Shown here piece by piece: positions 26,760 through 35,268 of a stretch of 64,000 nt of DNA. Made by a program: the position numbers and the translations under genes. The notes beneath the pieces are model-generated. The model did no database searches. It saw only the letters and a list, made by a program, of their open reading frames with translations, and was not told where the DNA came from. Every line of letters starts with the position of its first letter. The first letter of the stretch is position 1. This stretch comes from Candidatus Berkelbacteria bacterium RIFCSPLOWO2_01_FULL_50_28 (GTDB lineage Bacteria > Patescibacteriota > UBA1384 > 2-12-FULL-50-11): positions 27,643 to 91,642 of the forward strand of contig MEZX01000001.1 in assembly GCA_001774395.1 (NCBI GenBank). Reading direction: 5' to 3'.

Positions 26760-28314
26760 CGAGTCTGAGGAACGCCAGGTCCAGAGCATCGACGATCAAC
26801 TCCGCGTGGTTCGAGACTTCGCCAAGAGGTCCGGTCTTGACGTGGTCGCCGAATTGACCGAGGCGCATTCCGCCAAAGCGCCCGGGACACGACCGGTCTT
26901 TGCCGAACTCCTCGCCCGGATCGAGCGAGGCGAAGCCGAAGGGATCGTCTGCTGGAGTATCAACCGGCTGGCCCGCAATCCCGTCGATTCTGGTCAGTTG
27001 AGCTGGCTCTTGCAGCGAGGCGTTCTCAAGTCCATCCGAACCATCGACCGGGAGTATCTGCCCGAGGACAACGTCCTGCTGATGGCGGTCGAGTCGGGCG
27101 TAGCCAACCAGTACATCCTCGATCTGCGCAAGGCCGTCATCCGCGGCATGGAAGGCAAGGCCGCCCGGGGTTGGATTCCCAATCGACCTCCCCAAGGGTA
27201 CGGCGTCAATCCGCTGACCAAGGAGATCGATCCCATCGAACCGCAGTTCCAATTGCTTCGACAGGCCTGGGATTTGCTTCTAACCGGCGCCTACACGGTG
27301 CCCCAGATACGATCAAAGTTACAATCCTGGGGCTACACCTATGGGAAGCTCGGTGCACCAGCTAAGCCCCTCTTTGCCGAATCTCACCTCTATCGAATCT
27401 TCGACAACCGCTTCTACTGCGGCTCTTTCACCTTTCGCGGCCAGACCTACCAGGGCCGGCACCGGGTGATGGTCAGCCCAGAGGAGTTTGATCGAGCCCA
27501 GGGGATCTTACACAAAGACAACCGGATTCAGCCCCAGAGGCATGAATTCCCGTTCACCGGACTCATCCGTTGTGGGCGCTGCGGTTGCCTGGTCACCGCC
27601 GAGCGCAAGATCAAACACTACAAGACGACCGCCCGAACGGCGGCCTACGAGTACTACCACTGCACACACCGCAAGGGTGACTGTAAAGAGGTCAGCGTCA
27701 CCGGCCCATATATCGACTCGACCATCGCCTGCGAACTTGAGAGCGTCCTGATCGATCCGGAATTCGGCCAATGGCTCCTCAAGGCCTTGGAACGGTTTTG
27801 GGACGAGCAGCCTCCGGTTGACCCCAAATTGATCAAACAGCACCAAGAACACGTTCGTGCGACCGAACAGAAACTCGAACGATTGATCCAGCTTAGGCTG
27901 GCCGGGGAACTGGACGCCCAGGAGTTCAGCCGCATCAAGACCCAAACTCAGGGAGAACTGGCCGATGGCCGAAGACAGCTTGAGAGTTTGTCAAAACGAG
28001 CCTCAACCGGACGACAGGCTCTCATCAATGCCGTTCGGTTCGGCCTCGATGCCCCGCGGCATTTTGCCGAAAACGACACTCATCTGAAAAGGTATGTCGC
28101 GACGATGTTTGGCATTCGCTACGTTCTCACTCTGGGAAAGCTGGAAATCACACCGCATCCGCTGCTGACGCAATTGGCCGCGTTAGAACCTCCAAAATCG
28201 CCACGCAATATGGTTGGAGCCGGGGCTTTGCGCCCCGACGCTCCCATTGAGTGGAGCTGGCGGGAGTTGAACCCGCGTCCGAAAACAAACGAACCAAATC
28301 ATCTACAAGCTTAG
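26728..28314 (+). CDS. Large serine recombinase (resolvase, recombinase, Zn ribbon and coiled-coil domains)
   Basis: YARKS catalytic Ser, RLARN, PPQGY, CGRCG...YYHC...C; last codons lie antisense to tmRNA. Confidence 0.95.
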   Translation: MRYILYARKSSESEERQVQSIDDQLRVVRDFAKRSGLDVVAELTEAHSAKAPGTRPVFAELLARIERGEAEGIVCWSINRLARNPVDSGQLSWLLQRGVLKSIRTIDREYLPEDNVLLMAVESGVANQYILDLRKAVIRGMEGKAARGWIPNRPPQGYGVNPLTKEIDPIEPQFQLLRQAWDLLLTGAYTVPQIRSKLQSWGYTYGKLGAPAKPLFAESHLYRIFDNRFYCGSFTFRGQTYQGRHRVMVSPEEFDRAQGILHKDNRIQPQRHEFPFTGLIRCGRCGCLVTAERKIKHYKTTARTAAYEYYHCTHRKGDCKEVSVTGPYIDSTIACELESVLIDPEFGQWLLKALERFWDEQPPVDPKLIKQHQEHVRATEQKLERLIQLRLAGELDAQEFSRIKTQTQGELADGRRQLESLSKRASTGRQALINAVRFGLDAPRHFAENDTHLKRYVATMFGIRYVLTLGKLEITPHPLLTQLAALEPPKSPRNMVGAGALRPDAPIEWSWRELNPRPKTNEPNHLQA

Positions 28315-28635
28315 TTTGCTTTGTTGTCTTGAAATTGTGGCTCTAAACAAACGAAACACCGCAACTTCCAGCATCTATATCTTAATGTTCAAGCGATGCC
28401 TCTTGAACAGGCACCCGATAATATGACGCCTCAATCCTCCATCGGAGTCAAGGATTGAAACGGCCGAACGTTTTTTAGGCGACGGCGTAAGCTGGACTAA
28501 AACTGCCAAACGCGTTTGCTACAGCAGTTCGAGTTTTCGCTAATACGTTTGCACGTAATTTTTTTGTCCTCTAAGGCAGAGACTTCCGCTTGCAAATTTG
28601 GTTGTTAAAGTTCCCGTCGAATCCTTTACAGCCCC
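28252..28635 (-). ncRNA. ssrA: tmRNA
   Basis: 5' GGGGCTGTAAAGGATTCGAC, 3' GGACGCGGGTTCAACTCCCGCCAGCTCCA with G3:U70; tag ORF 28475-28552 ANVLAKTRTAVANAFGSFSPAYAVA*. Confidence 0.95.
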
Positions 28636-28683
28636 GTGCGACAACCTTACCAAACTTGGAGCCAAAAGTCAACAAGATAGGGA

Positions 28684-29385
28684 TTGAAAAATGGGGCTGA
28701 AATATGTAGCGTCAAAGTGATGCTAGAGCTCAAAAACGCTACAAAAAGATTTACCGACGGCGAAGTCGTCAACGCCCTGGACGGTGTCAGCATTACCGTC
28801 GAGCGCGGTGAATTCGTAGGCATTATCGGCCCGAGCGGCTGCGGTAAATCTACTCTGCTTTACACATTGGGGCTGCTCGATTCCACCGACGAAGGCGAGT
28901 ATCGGATCGGCGACCAGCTCGCAGACGAATTGACGCGTAAACAACGGGCGAAACTGCGCAATAAGAAGTTTGGCTTTGTATTTCAATCTTTCAACCTACT
29001 GGCTCGAACCTCATCGTACGACAACGTCATTTTGCCACTACTGTACGGCCAAACCGCTGGTGCCGCGACCAAAACCCAGGCGTCGCTGGAACGAGTCGGC
29101 TTATGGAACAAACGTAAGAACTGGCCAAACCAGCTATCGGGCGGCCAGCAGCAACGTGTCGCCATCGCTCGAGCGCTCGTAAACGAGCCGGAAATAATCT
29201 TGGCCGATGAACCCACCGGTAATTTAGATTCAAAAACTGGCGTTGAAATCATGAATTTATTCAAAGAAATTCACGCCAAAGGCACAACCGTGGTGATGGT
29301 TACTCATAACCCTGATCTTTTGAAATACGCCACGAGAATTATCGAGATGCGAGACGGCAGAATAGTGCGGGACGAAAATGTGTAA
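28684..29385 (+). CDS. ABC transporter ATP-binding protein (LolD/MacB-type)
   Basis: [23 protein letters not shown] and ADEPTGNLD motifs; likely start near 28720. Confidence 0.95.
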   Translation: MKNGAEICSVKVMLELKNATKRFTDGEVVNALDGVSITVERGEFVGIIGPSGCGKSTLLYTLGLLDSTDEGEYRIGDQLADELTRKQRAKLRNKKFGFVFQSFNLLARTSSYDNVILPLLYGQTAGAATKTQASLERVGLWNKRKNWPNQLSGGQQQRVAIARALVNEPEIILADEPTGNLDSKTGVEIMNLFKEIHAKGTTVVMVTHNPDLLKYATRIIEMRDGRIVRDENV

Positions 29386-29522
29386 CCTTTTTGAGTACGA
29401 GTCCTCGCGTCCCAGCCGCCGCTCAGCTCTCGCGCTCCTCCTCGCTCGTCCTTCGGCGAGCTCAGGACACCGTGCCCGCTCGTCGTCCGCGACGCCTCAA
29501 AAAAGTTACACTTTCTCGTCCC
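29369..29522. repeat. Long imperfect inverted repeat (MITE-like hairpin) between ATPase and permease
   Basis: 29369-29395 versus 29496-29522, 24/27 complementary. Confidence 0.75.
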
Positions 29523-29541
29523 TTGGGAAGGAAAAATTCTA

Positions 29542-30741
29542 ATGGGTATTCTACTTAACCTAAAAACAGCCCTAAAGTCACTTTGGAATAATAGGCTTCG
29601 CAGTTTTCTTACCTTGTTGGGGATTGTCATCGGGGTTTACGCCGTTGTCACACTTTTGGCCGCGGCCCAGGGTGTCCAAAACCAAATCGGCGGTTTCGTT
29701 GAAGACTTCGGACCCCGAACAATAATAATTATGCCCGGTGAGTCGGATTCTTCTGGAACGCCAAACTTTGCCGCTCAAGCCGCCCCGTCAACGCTGGTCG
29801 TTGATGACATTAGCTACCTTCGTCAACACGCAAACCTCATTGAAGACACGATCGACTACGCTGTTTTTATCGGAGGCCTTGCGGCTCACGGCGATAAGAA
29901 ATTGACCGGCATGCCTGTTGGCATCACACCGGGTGCGGAAGAACTGTTCAGCATAAAAATAATTGCCGGACGTAATTTTACCCAAAATGACCTAACCAAG
30001 AAAAGCCGAGTCTTGGTGCTAAGTGAGGCGGCGGCAGAAAAGCTAGCTGTAAAAGTGGGTGAAACGATGAATATCGGCCGTGATCAATTCAAGGTAATTG
30101 GACTCTTCGAAGTCGAGCAGTCGCTAAGTATCAGCTCCGCCCAGGGGGAGATGTTTCTCATTCCGGCACCAGTCGCAAATGAAATAAACAGGTCGCCACA
30201 GGTTAATCGCATCGTCGTCCACTCCAAAACCGTCGAAGACGTCGATAAGGCAATTGCCCAAGTAGAAAAGGTGCTTACCGCCAAACACGGCACGACCGAT
30301 TTCACCGTTATGAAACCGTCCGATATTCTGAAGACGGTTGATCAGATTATTAATGTGCTGAAATATATGGTTATCGGCATCACCTCCATTTCCCTGCTTG
30401 TTGGCGGCATTGGCATTATGAACATTATGCTTGTTACGGTGGCCGAACGAACCCGCGAGATCGGCATCCGCAAAGCAGTGGGCGCTACGGAAAGTGCGAT
30501 CATGTTGCAGTTTTTGATCGAATCGGTTGTGCTAACGGTAATTGGCGCGTTGATCGGTATTGGCTTAGCCTCTGTAACGTCGTATCTGGCCGCGAAATTC
30601 TCGCCGCTAGAACCACTCATCACCACCCAGACCATTTTGATCGCCGTAGCGATGGGCGTTATCGCAGGAGTTATCTTTGGCCTTTTCCCAGCCATTCGCG
30701 CCGCCCGTAAGAACCCCGTTGCCGCTCTCAAATACGAATAA
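29542..30741 (+). CDS. MacB-type ABC permease
   Basis: RSFLTLLGIVIGV, GGIGIMNIMLVTV.ERTREIGIRKAVGA and PA.RAA..NPV.AL.YE motifs. Confidence 0.95.
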   Translation: MGILLNLKTALKSLWNNRLRSFLTLLGIVIGVYAVVTLLAAAQGVQNQIGGFVEDFGPRTIIIMPGESDSSGTPNFAAQAAPSTLVVDDISYLRQHANLIEDTIDYAVFIGGLAAHGDKKLTGMPVGITPGAEELFSIKIIAGRNFTQNDLTKKSRVLVLSEAAAEKLAVKVGETMNIGRDQFKVIGLFEVEQSLSISSAQGEMFLIPAPVANEINRSPQVNRIVVHSKTVEDVDKAIAQVEKVLTAKHGTTDFTVMKPSDILKTVDQIINVLKYMVIGITSISLLVGGIGIMNIMLVTVAERTREIGIRKAVGATESAIMLQFLIESVVLTVIGALIGIGLASVTSYLAAKFSPLEPLITTQTILIAVAMGVIAGVIFGLFPAIRAARKNPVAALKYE

Positions 30742-30753
30742 ACAACCTGGTTC

Positions 30754-30898
30754 TTGACCCCTCACTAAAGAGCTAACAGCTTTCTGTAGCCCTTTTGCCT
30801 GCGGAGTTTACTGAAAGACGACCCGGAGCAGAATGTAATTGTGCTATGTGAGTGAAAAGCTGTCGAGGCAAAAGATTAGCTCTTAAGTGCGGGGTTGA
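30754..30898. other. Long intergenic hairpin (possible structured RNA or MITE)
   Basis: ACCCC-CACT-AAGAGCTAA...CTTTTGCCT pairs with AGGCAAAAG-TTAGCTCTT-AGTG-GGGGT. Confidence 0.6.
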
Positions 30899-30923
30899 CT
30901 CGGTGTAAAGTTTCCTTTACATT
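30895..30923 (+). promoter_or_regulatory. Promoter with palindromic operator
   Basis: TTGACT-17 nt-TACATT containing TGTAAAG-N4-CTTTACA (30904-30921). Confidence 0.7.
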
Positions 30924-30931
30924 GTTGGTAA

Positions 30932-31537
30932 ATGTCATCGGAATTACGCCTACTTTTACGGGACCTGCGTCAAGCCCAGGAACTGTCACAAGACGAGTTA
31001 GCCCATCAGCTGGGAATCTCTCGTCAATCAATCATTTCGCTCGAACAGGGCGCTTACTTGCCTAGTTTTCCACTGTTGATAACCATTATCGAGTTTTTCA
31101 ACTGTGACCTTGAGGAGCTTGTGGAAGGCCTGGGACAGAATGCAGCACAATTGCCCTCGAGCGACGAGGTGCCTATTCAGATGATTGAACAGCCAGCCAC
31201 CAGCTCGCTCTTTGGAGCAATCAATGTCTACGAAAACGAATCTGAGTACGAGGTTCAAGTTCAGGCGCCAGGGTTAAAAGAGAACGAGCTCAACCTTGAG
31301 TTTTCAGGTGACACGCTGACAATTACCGCTCAAACCGCGGTCGACAGGAACGATGCCACTAAAAAACTCATCCGTCGCGAGTGGGAGCACGACTCATTCA
31401 GTCGTCAGGTGCGCTTCGCTCACCCGATCAAGGAAGAAAAAGTTGAGGCCAAGCTCTCTGACGGGACGTTAAGAGTTACCGCCCCGAAAGTGGAGCCAGT
31501 CAAACCGAAGGTTAAGAAGATTGAAGTGAAGAAGTAG
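30932..31537 (+). CDS. XRE HTH - Hsp20/alpha-crystallin fusion
   Basis: LRQAQELSQDELAHQLGISRQSIISLEQG plus INVYENE..Y.V....PG...FSRQV.F...V.AKL.DG.L.V..PK. Confidence 0.9.
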   Translation: MSSELRLLLRDLRQAQELSQDELAHQLGISRQSIISLEQGAYLPSFPLLITIIEFFNCDLEELVEGLGQNAAQLPSSDEVPIQMIEQPATSSLFGAINVYENESEYEVQVQAPGLKENELNLEFSGDTLTITAQTAVDRNDATKKLIRREWEHDSFSRQVRFAHPIKEEKVEAKLSDGTLRVTAPKVEPVKPKVKKIEVKK

Positions 31538-31555
31538 TCGCCTTCAAAAGCGAGC

Positions 31556-31583
31556 AAATTAGCGGCCAACTGGCCGCTAATTT
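31556..31583. terminator. Bidirectional terminator
   Basis: Perfect 13-bp inverted repeat AAATTAGCGGCCA/TGGCCGCTAATTT between convergent genes. Confidence 0.75.
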
Positions 31584-31585
31584 AT

Positions 31586-32128
31586 CTACTTGACTGTGAT
31601 CGAGATTATTTTATCGCCGATGGCAATTTTATTGACGACATCCAGGCCAGAAGTGACGATGCCGAAGTTGGTGTACTGTTTGTCCAGAAAGCTCGATTCC
31701 TTTTTCACAATAAAGAATTGGGCGTCGTTAGAGACTTTAATGTCGCTACCGCGCGCCACCCCGAGCGAACCTAAAACAAACGGTTTATCGGAGAGCTCAG
31801 TAGCTATCTCGCCGCCGCCAGTACCGGTACCTAACGGATCGCCGCCCTGGATTACCCAATCTTCAACACGGTGAAAAGTGAGATTGTTATAGAAACCAGA
31901 CTTCACTTTGTCTTTGAAATTCTGAACCGTCTTTGGCGCCACGCTCGGATACAGTTCCAACGTAATATCGCCTTTTGAAGTTTTGATAACTGCCGTAGTT
32001 TTTTTGAGTGAGGCGTCCGCGTTATTTGGTTGTGGACCTGGCGCCACTGCTTTTTTGCCTGGAACCAACGCAAACAGACCCAAAATTGCCGCCAATACGA
32101 TCACACCGATAATAATATTGTTTGTCAT
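31586..32128 (-). CDS. Cyclophilin-type peptidyl-prolyl isomerase, membrane-anchored
   Basis: APKTVQNF, FYNNLTFHRV and IQGGDP.GTGTGG motifs. Confidence 0.95.
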   Translation of the reverse strand: MTNNIIIGVIVLAAILGLFALVPGKKAVAPGPQPNNADASLKKTTAVIKTSKGDITLELYPSVAPKTVQNFKDKVKSGFYNNLTFHRVEDWVIQGGDPLGTGTGGGEIATELSDKPFVLGSLGVARGSDIKVSNDAQFFIVKKESSFLDKQYTNFGIVTSGLDVVNKIAIGDKIISITVK

Positions 32129-32133
32129 AGTTG

Positions 32134-32209
32134 TGCGCGGTAGTGGATTCGAACCACTGAAACCTCCTCGACGTCAACGAGGCGCTCTAACCAACTGAGC
32201 TAACCGCGC
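32134..32209 (-). tRNA. tRNA-Val(GAC)
   Basis: Reverse complement GCGCGGTTAGCTCAGTTGGTTAGAGCG-CCTCG-TT-GAC-GT-CGAGG...GTTCGAATC; 7-nt variable region. Confidence 0.92.
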
Positions 32210-32892
32210 ATTGTTGCTATCTTCTCACAAAATAACCTGCTAATCCAGACGAGCCTGCGTTGGATTGCAACCCGTCCGTACGAAACCACGCAAACCCCTT
32301 TATAATCTAAATAGGTGGGCTTTCCAGAAGTTCGCTTGTCTAAGGAAGTGGACTTAAAGTTCTCTATTGGAACCTTCAAGGTTTCCGCCCAGTACTCTCT
32401 TGTTTGCCCGATTTTTTGATCAGCTCGTAGATGGAGATAGAATCTGGCCTGAGTTGGACTTACTCCATAGAGCTTCTTCATACAATAAACAAAGAATTTC
32501 AGAATAGTTGGGTCAGAGCTACCAAGTGAGGTATCAGACGACTTTTTACTTCCCTCTCCCAAATAGAGAATCGCTAGGGCCAGTTCCAGAGTAGAAGCAT
32601 CCGTAAGATTTAACCTGCTCATCACCGCCTCCGCTTCTAAGCGCGCTACTTCAATACGACCCGCTTTCTGTCGATTGTGCCAGCGAATTGCGTTACCGCG
32701 CGATTCATTAATTGCCTTGAGCCAATTCGCTTTGATTGCAGTCCTTTGCTTATCGGTTAATTGGATACCAATGAACCAATAACTCAATGTTGATTTAGGA
32801 ATCCCCAGCTCTATCCCAATGCGCCCAAGTGGGACGCCTTCTTTGCGCATTTTCAACGCGAGATCTTTTAAGTGAAGGAATCTTGATTTCAT
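32200..32892 (-). CDS. HTH + single LAGLIDADG-like domain protein overlapping the tRNA-Val 5' end
   Basis: IGIELGIPKSTLSYW HTH; LALAILYLGEGSK helix; SDP.ILKFF; GVC.V; start taken as MKSRF. Confidence 0.75.
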   Translation of the reverse strand: MKSRFLHLKDLALKMRKEGVPLGRIGIELGIPKSTLSYWFIGIQLTDKQRTAIKANWLKAINESRGNAIRWHNRQKAGRIEVARLEAEAVMSRLNLTDASTLELALAILYLGEGSKKSSDTSLGSSDPTILKFFVYCMKKLYGVSPTQARFYLHLRADQKIGQTREYWAETLKVPIENFKSTSLDKRTSGKPTYLDYKGVCVVSYGRVAIQRRLVWISRLFCEKIATMRG

Positions 32893-32935
32893 TACAGTAT
32901 CCTCACTATGCTCTGCAGTACGGTTGCTGTCAATA

Positions 32936-33802
32936 CTAATCTTTGCTGCGTTGGGAAGGATCAAGAGCACCATCGGCAATAGCGATTTCTTCGTTGATGC
33001 GCTGCATTACGTCAGTGAAGTTTTTTACCCTTATGCGCGGCAGCTCAAATAGCGAAGATTGTTCTGTCGCCACGCCAAAATTTGTTGTTACTGCGGCACG
33101 TACCCCTAAACCAAAAACTAGATCAACAGTCTCCGCTTTGTACTGGCCGGATGGATAAGAAAAAACATATTCGGTATCTACCAAGCTGTTACTTATCTGC
33201 GTGTAAGCATTTTCGCGAGTCTGGTTGGCTAAATTAACGTGTGACATCGTGTGGCCACCAATTTCCATTCCCGCCTCCCTCAGCTTTGTTATCTGGTCGC
33301 GCGTCATGTAACCTTTCCTGCCAACAAAGTCACCAACGACAAAAAACGTCGCCGTCATTTTGTGATCCAGTAAAATAGGCAGGGCTTTTTTATAGGCATC
33401 AGTGTAGCCGTCGTCAAACGTTAAAATGACAGACTTTTCACCATATTTACCCTCCGCCAGCTCACTTAGGCTTATCGTGTGGTAGCCCTCAGCGACCAGC
33501 GCGTCCAGCTGGCTCGAGAGTATATCCGGCGCAACGGAGAGCTGGACCCCAAGCGGGTCATCCGTTCGATCCGCATAATCTCGAATATAGTGGTACATCA
33601 GTATCGGAACGCGGAAACTAGCACTCGAAGTGTTTGTTAGTGGAATTTGAGTTGTTGATTGGGACGGTTGGGACCCAACGACGTCGGCCGGAACTTCCGA
33701 TGGCGTTGGTGCCCTCTCCAGGCTAAAACCAATTTTCACCCACATAAATACGGCCGTGCCGACCAAACAAAAAACAAAGAGCCCAAACAGTATCCGACCC
33801 AT
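32936..33802 (-). CDS. Polysaccharide deacetylase (NodB/CE4)
   Basis: PILMYH, LTFDDG, GGHTMSH and FSYPSG motifs; start MGRILF. Confidence 0.92.
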   Translation of the reverse strand: MGRILFGLFVFCLVGTAVFMWVKIGFSLERAPTPSEVPADVVGSQPSQSTTQIPLTNTSSASFRVPILMYHYIRDYADRTDDPLGVQLSVAPDILSSQLDALVAEGYHTISLSELAEGKYGEKSVILTFDDGYTDAYKKALPILLDHKMTATFFVVGDFVGRKGYMTRDQITKLREAGMEIGGHTMSHVNLANQTRENAYTQISNSLVDTEYVFSYPSGQYKAETVDLVFGLGVRAAVTTNFGVATEQSSLFELPRIRVKNFTDVMQRINEEIAIADGALDPSQRSKD

Positions 33803-33864
33803 TGCAGTAAGTATACCTCGGCTGTAATTGGGTTCAAAATAGGGTAGAATAGTTAAGATATTTG

Positions 33865-33938
33865 GGTCCCATCGTCTAGTGGCCCAGGACGCTGGATTTT
33901 CATTCCAGAAATCGCGGGTTCGACTCCCGCTGGGACCG
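33865..33938 (+). tRNA. tRNA-Glu(TTC)
   Basis: GGTCCCATCGTCTAGTGGCCCAGGACG-CTGGA-TT-TTC-AT-TCCAG...GTTCGACTC. Confidence 0.95.
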
Positions 33939-34131
33939 CTCTTCAAAAACACTCGCCACCGGCGGGTGTTTTTGGCGAATGCATTTGGGGAGACGAACCC
34001 ATTGCCGTTAGGCAATAGGTGCGATTTGTACGAGTTTACGAAGTACAAAATGAGCGTAGTGAATATAACGACTGAGCGGTCGCGAAGGAGTTATGCCGGA
34101 GCGAAGCGACGGATAATCCCGCTGGGACCGC
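33925..34131 (+). repeat. ~190 bp mini-element flanked by a 15-bp duplication of the tRNA-Glu 3' end (family B)
   Basis: TCCCGCTGGGACCGC at 33925-33939 and 34117-34131. Confidence 0.85.
33945..33973 (+). terminator. Intrinsic terminator after tRNA-Glu
   Basis: AAAAACACTCGCC/GGCGGGTGTTTTT. Confidence 0.65.
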
Positions 34132-34154
34132 ACAAGTGGGGCGGCTAGGGTCGC

Positions 34155-34565
34155 CTAGCCGCCTTCGGGGTTATCAAGTGAGTCTTCCATCTCAGCTGCG
34201 GCTTCATGGAGACCTTCCAGGATTAGGCGCATTGCCAAGGGCAACTTTCTCTCGTCTTCCAACTGTGCTATCTGGCTACGAGCCTGGCCAATTAACTCGG
34301 AAAGCGCTATTTTCTTCTCGGGATCGACGGACTCACTCAGTTGCCCTTCCAATCCAGTAATTCGCTCGTGCAAAATCTTCGCTCGAAGATCGGTTCGAAC
34401 ATCAAGCTCGATAGAGCGTGCTTGCTCCTTCCCTTTGCCCTTATGCCGTACCAGCAACCAGGAAACGGCACCGATAGCGGCAAGTCCGGCTCCGACCCCC
34501 CAGAGTAGCTTGGTATCGAGCTTCTTGGACTTTAGTTCGCGTTTACTCAAAGGTTCACCTCCCAA
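34155..34565 (-). CDS. Hypothetical single-TM coiled-coil protein
   Basis: One hydrophobic helix followed by a helical tail. Confidence 0.55.
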   Translation of the reverse strand: MGGEPLSKRELKSKKLDTKLLWGVGAGLAAIGAVSWLLVRHKGKGKEQARSIELDVRTDLRAKILHERITGLEGQLSESVDPEKKIALSELIGQARSQIAQLEDERKLPLAMRLILEGLHEAAAEMEDSLDNPEGG

Positions 34566-34602
34566 TGGATTGAATATTAGTCTAATTTAGGCGACGCTAG
34601 AA

Positions 34603-35202
34603 GTGATGAAACTACGAGCATTCACGCTAATTGAAGTTCTGACGGTTATCTTTATCATCGGCATCTTGGTGTCGCTCGGTGCTTACGGCTGGGCGGCAAG
34701 CCTGACGCGTTCACGTGACACACAACGGATTAGCGCCCTGCTGTCAACGAAGAACGCTTTGGAACAGTACTACCTGGAGCATCGAACTTATCCGGCGTAC
34801 AAGAGTCACGTGCCCGCAGTTTACGCCGCCCGTTGGCAGCTGGAAAGTAGCTTGCCCTGCCAGAGCGGCGGCGGTTACTTAACCCCAACTTACCTGACTT
34901 CCGTTCCCGAAGACCCCAGCCATAAGCTCGGCAGTCTGGTTGAACCGTGCCAAACAACACACTACGGCCAGTACCTTTATCTACCCACTCCAAAAAGCCC
35001 GCCTGCAACAGGGTACTACCTGATCGCTCGCATGGAACGCAACAATAACGTGAACTGGAAAAGCGAGGTGCTCACCAAACTTACGAGTGCTGGCTATAAT
35101 CTACCAACACAAACATTCGCGCCCTGCACAGCAGGGCAGTTCGGAATAGACCCCGTCCCTTGCAGCCACAATTATTTTATCTCTAGCTCTCGTAACAACT
35201 AG
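34603..35202 (+). CDS. Type IV pilin/GspG-like protein
   Basis: RAFTLIEVL class III signal; SRD.QR; ALEQYY; YL..VP.DP. Confidence 0.9.
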   Translation: MMKLRAFTLIEVLTVIFIIGILVSLGAYGWAASLTRSRDTQRISALLSTKNALEQYYLEHRTYPAYKSHVPAVYAARWQLESSLPCQSGGGYLTPTYLTSVPEDPSHKLGSLVEPCQTTHYGQYLYLPTPKSPPATGYYLIARMERNNNVNWKSEVLTKLTSAGYNLPTQTFAPCTAGQFGIDPVPCSHNYFISSSRNN

Positions 35203-35268
35203 TTCTAGAGTCCAGGCTGCCCTGCTCCAGGATTATTCTACGCTCGGGTATGATACAATTTCCCTGTT

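Larger units (their letters stand above)
15187..28266. mobile_element. Genomic island integrated at the tmRNA 3' end by a large serine recombinase
   Basis: TGGCGGGAG core at 15187-15195 and 28258-28266 (14/17 nt over the wider match); LSR at the right end; IS debris; visibly GC-richer than the flanks. Confidence 0.85.

Noticed and set aside
32134-32209. Intron or pseudo-tRNA suggested by the 7-nt variable region of tRNA-Val
   Set aside because: All stems pair and only about 2 extra nt are present; no intron is visible in any tRNA here.
33803-34048. N-terminal extension of the deacetylase ORF
   Set aside because: It overlaps tRNA-Glu antisense; the start at 33802 gives a proper TM anchor.
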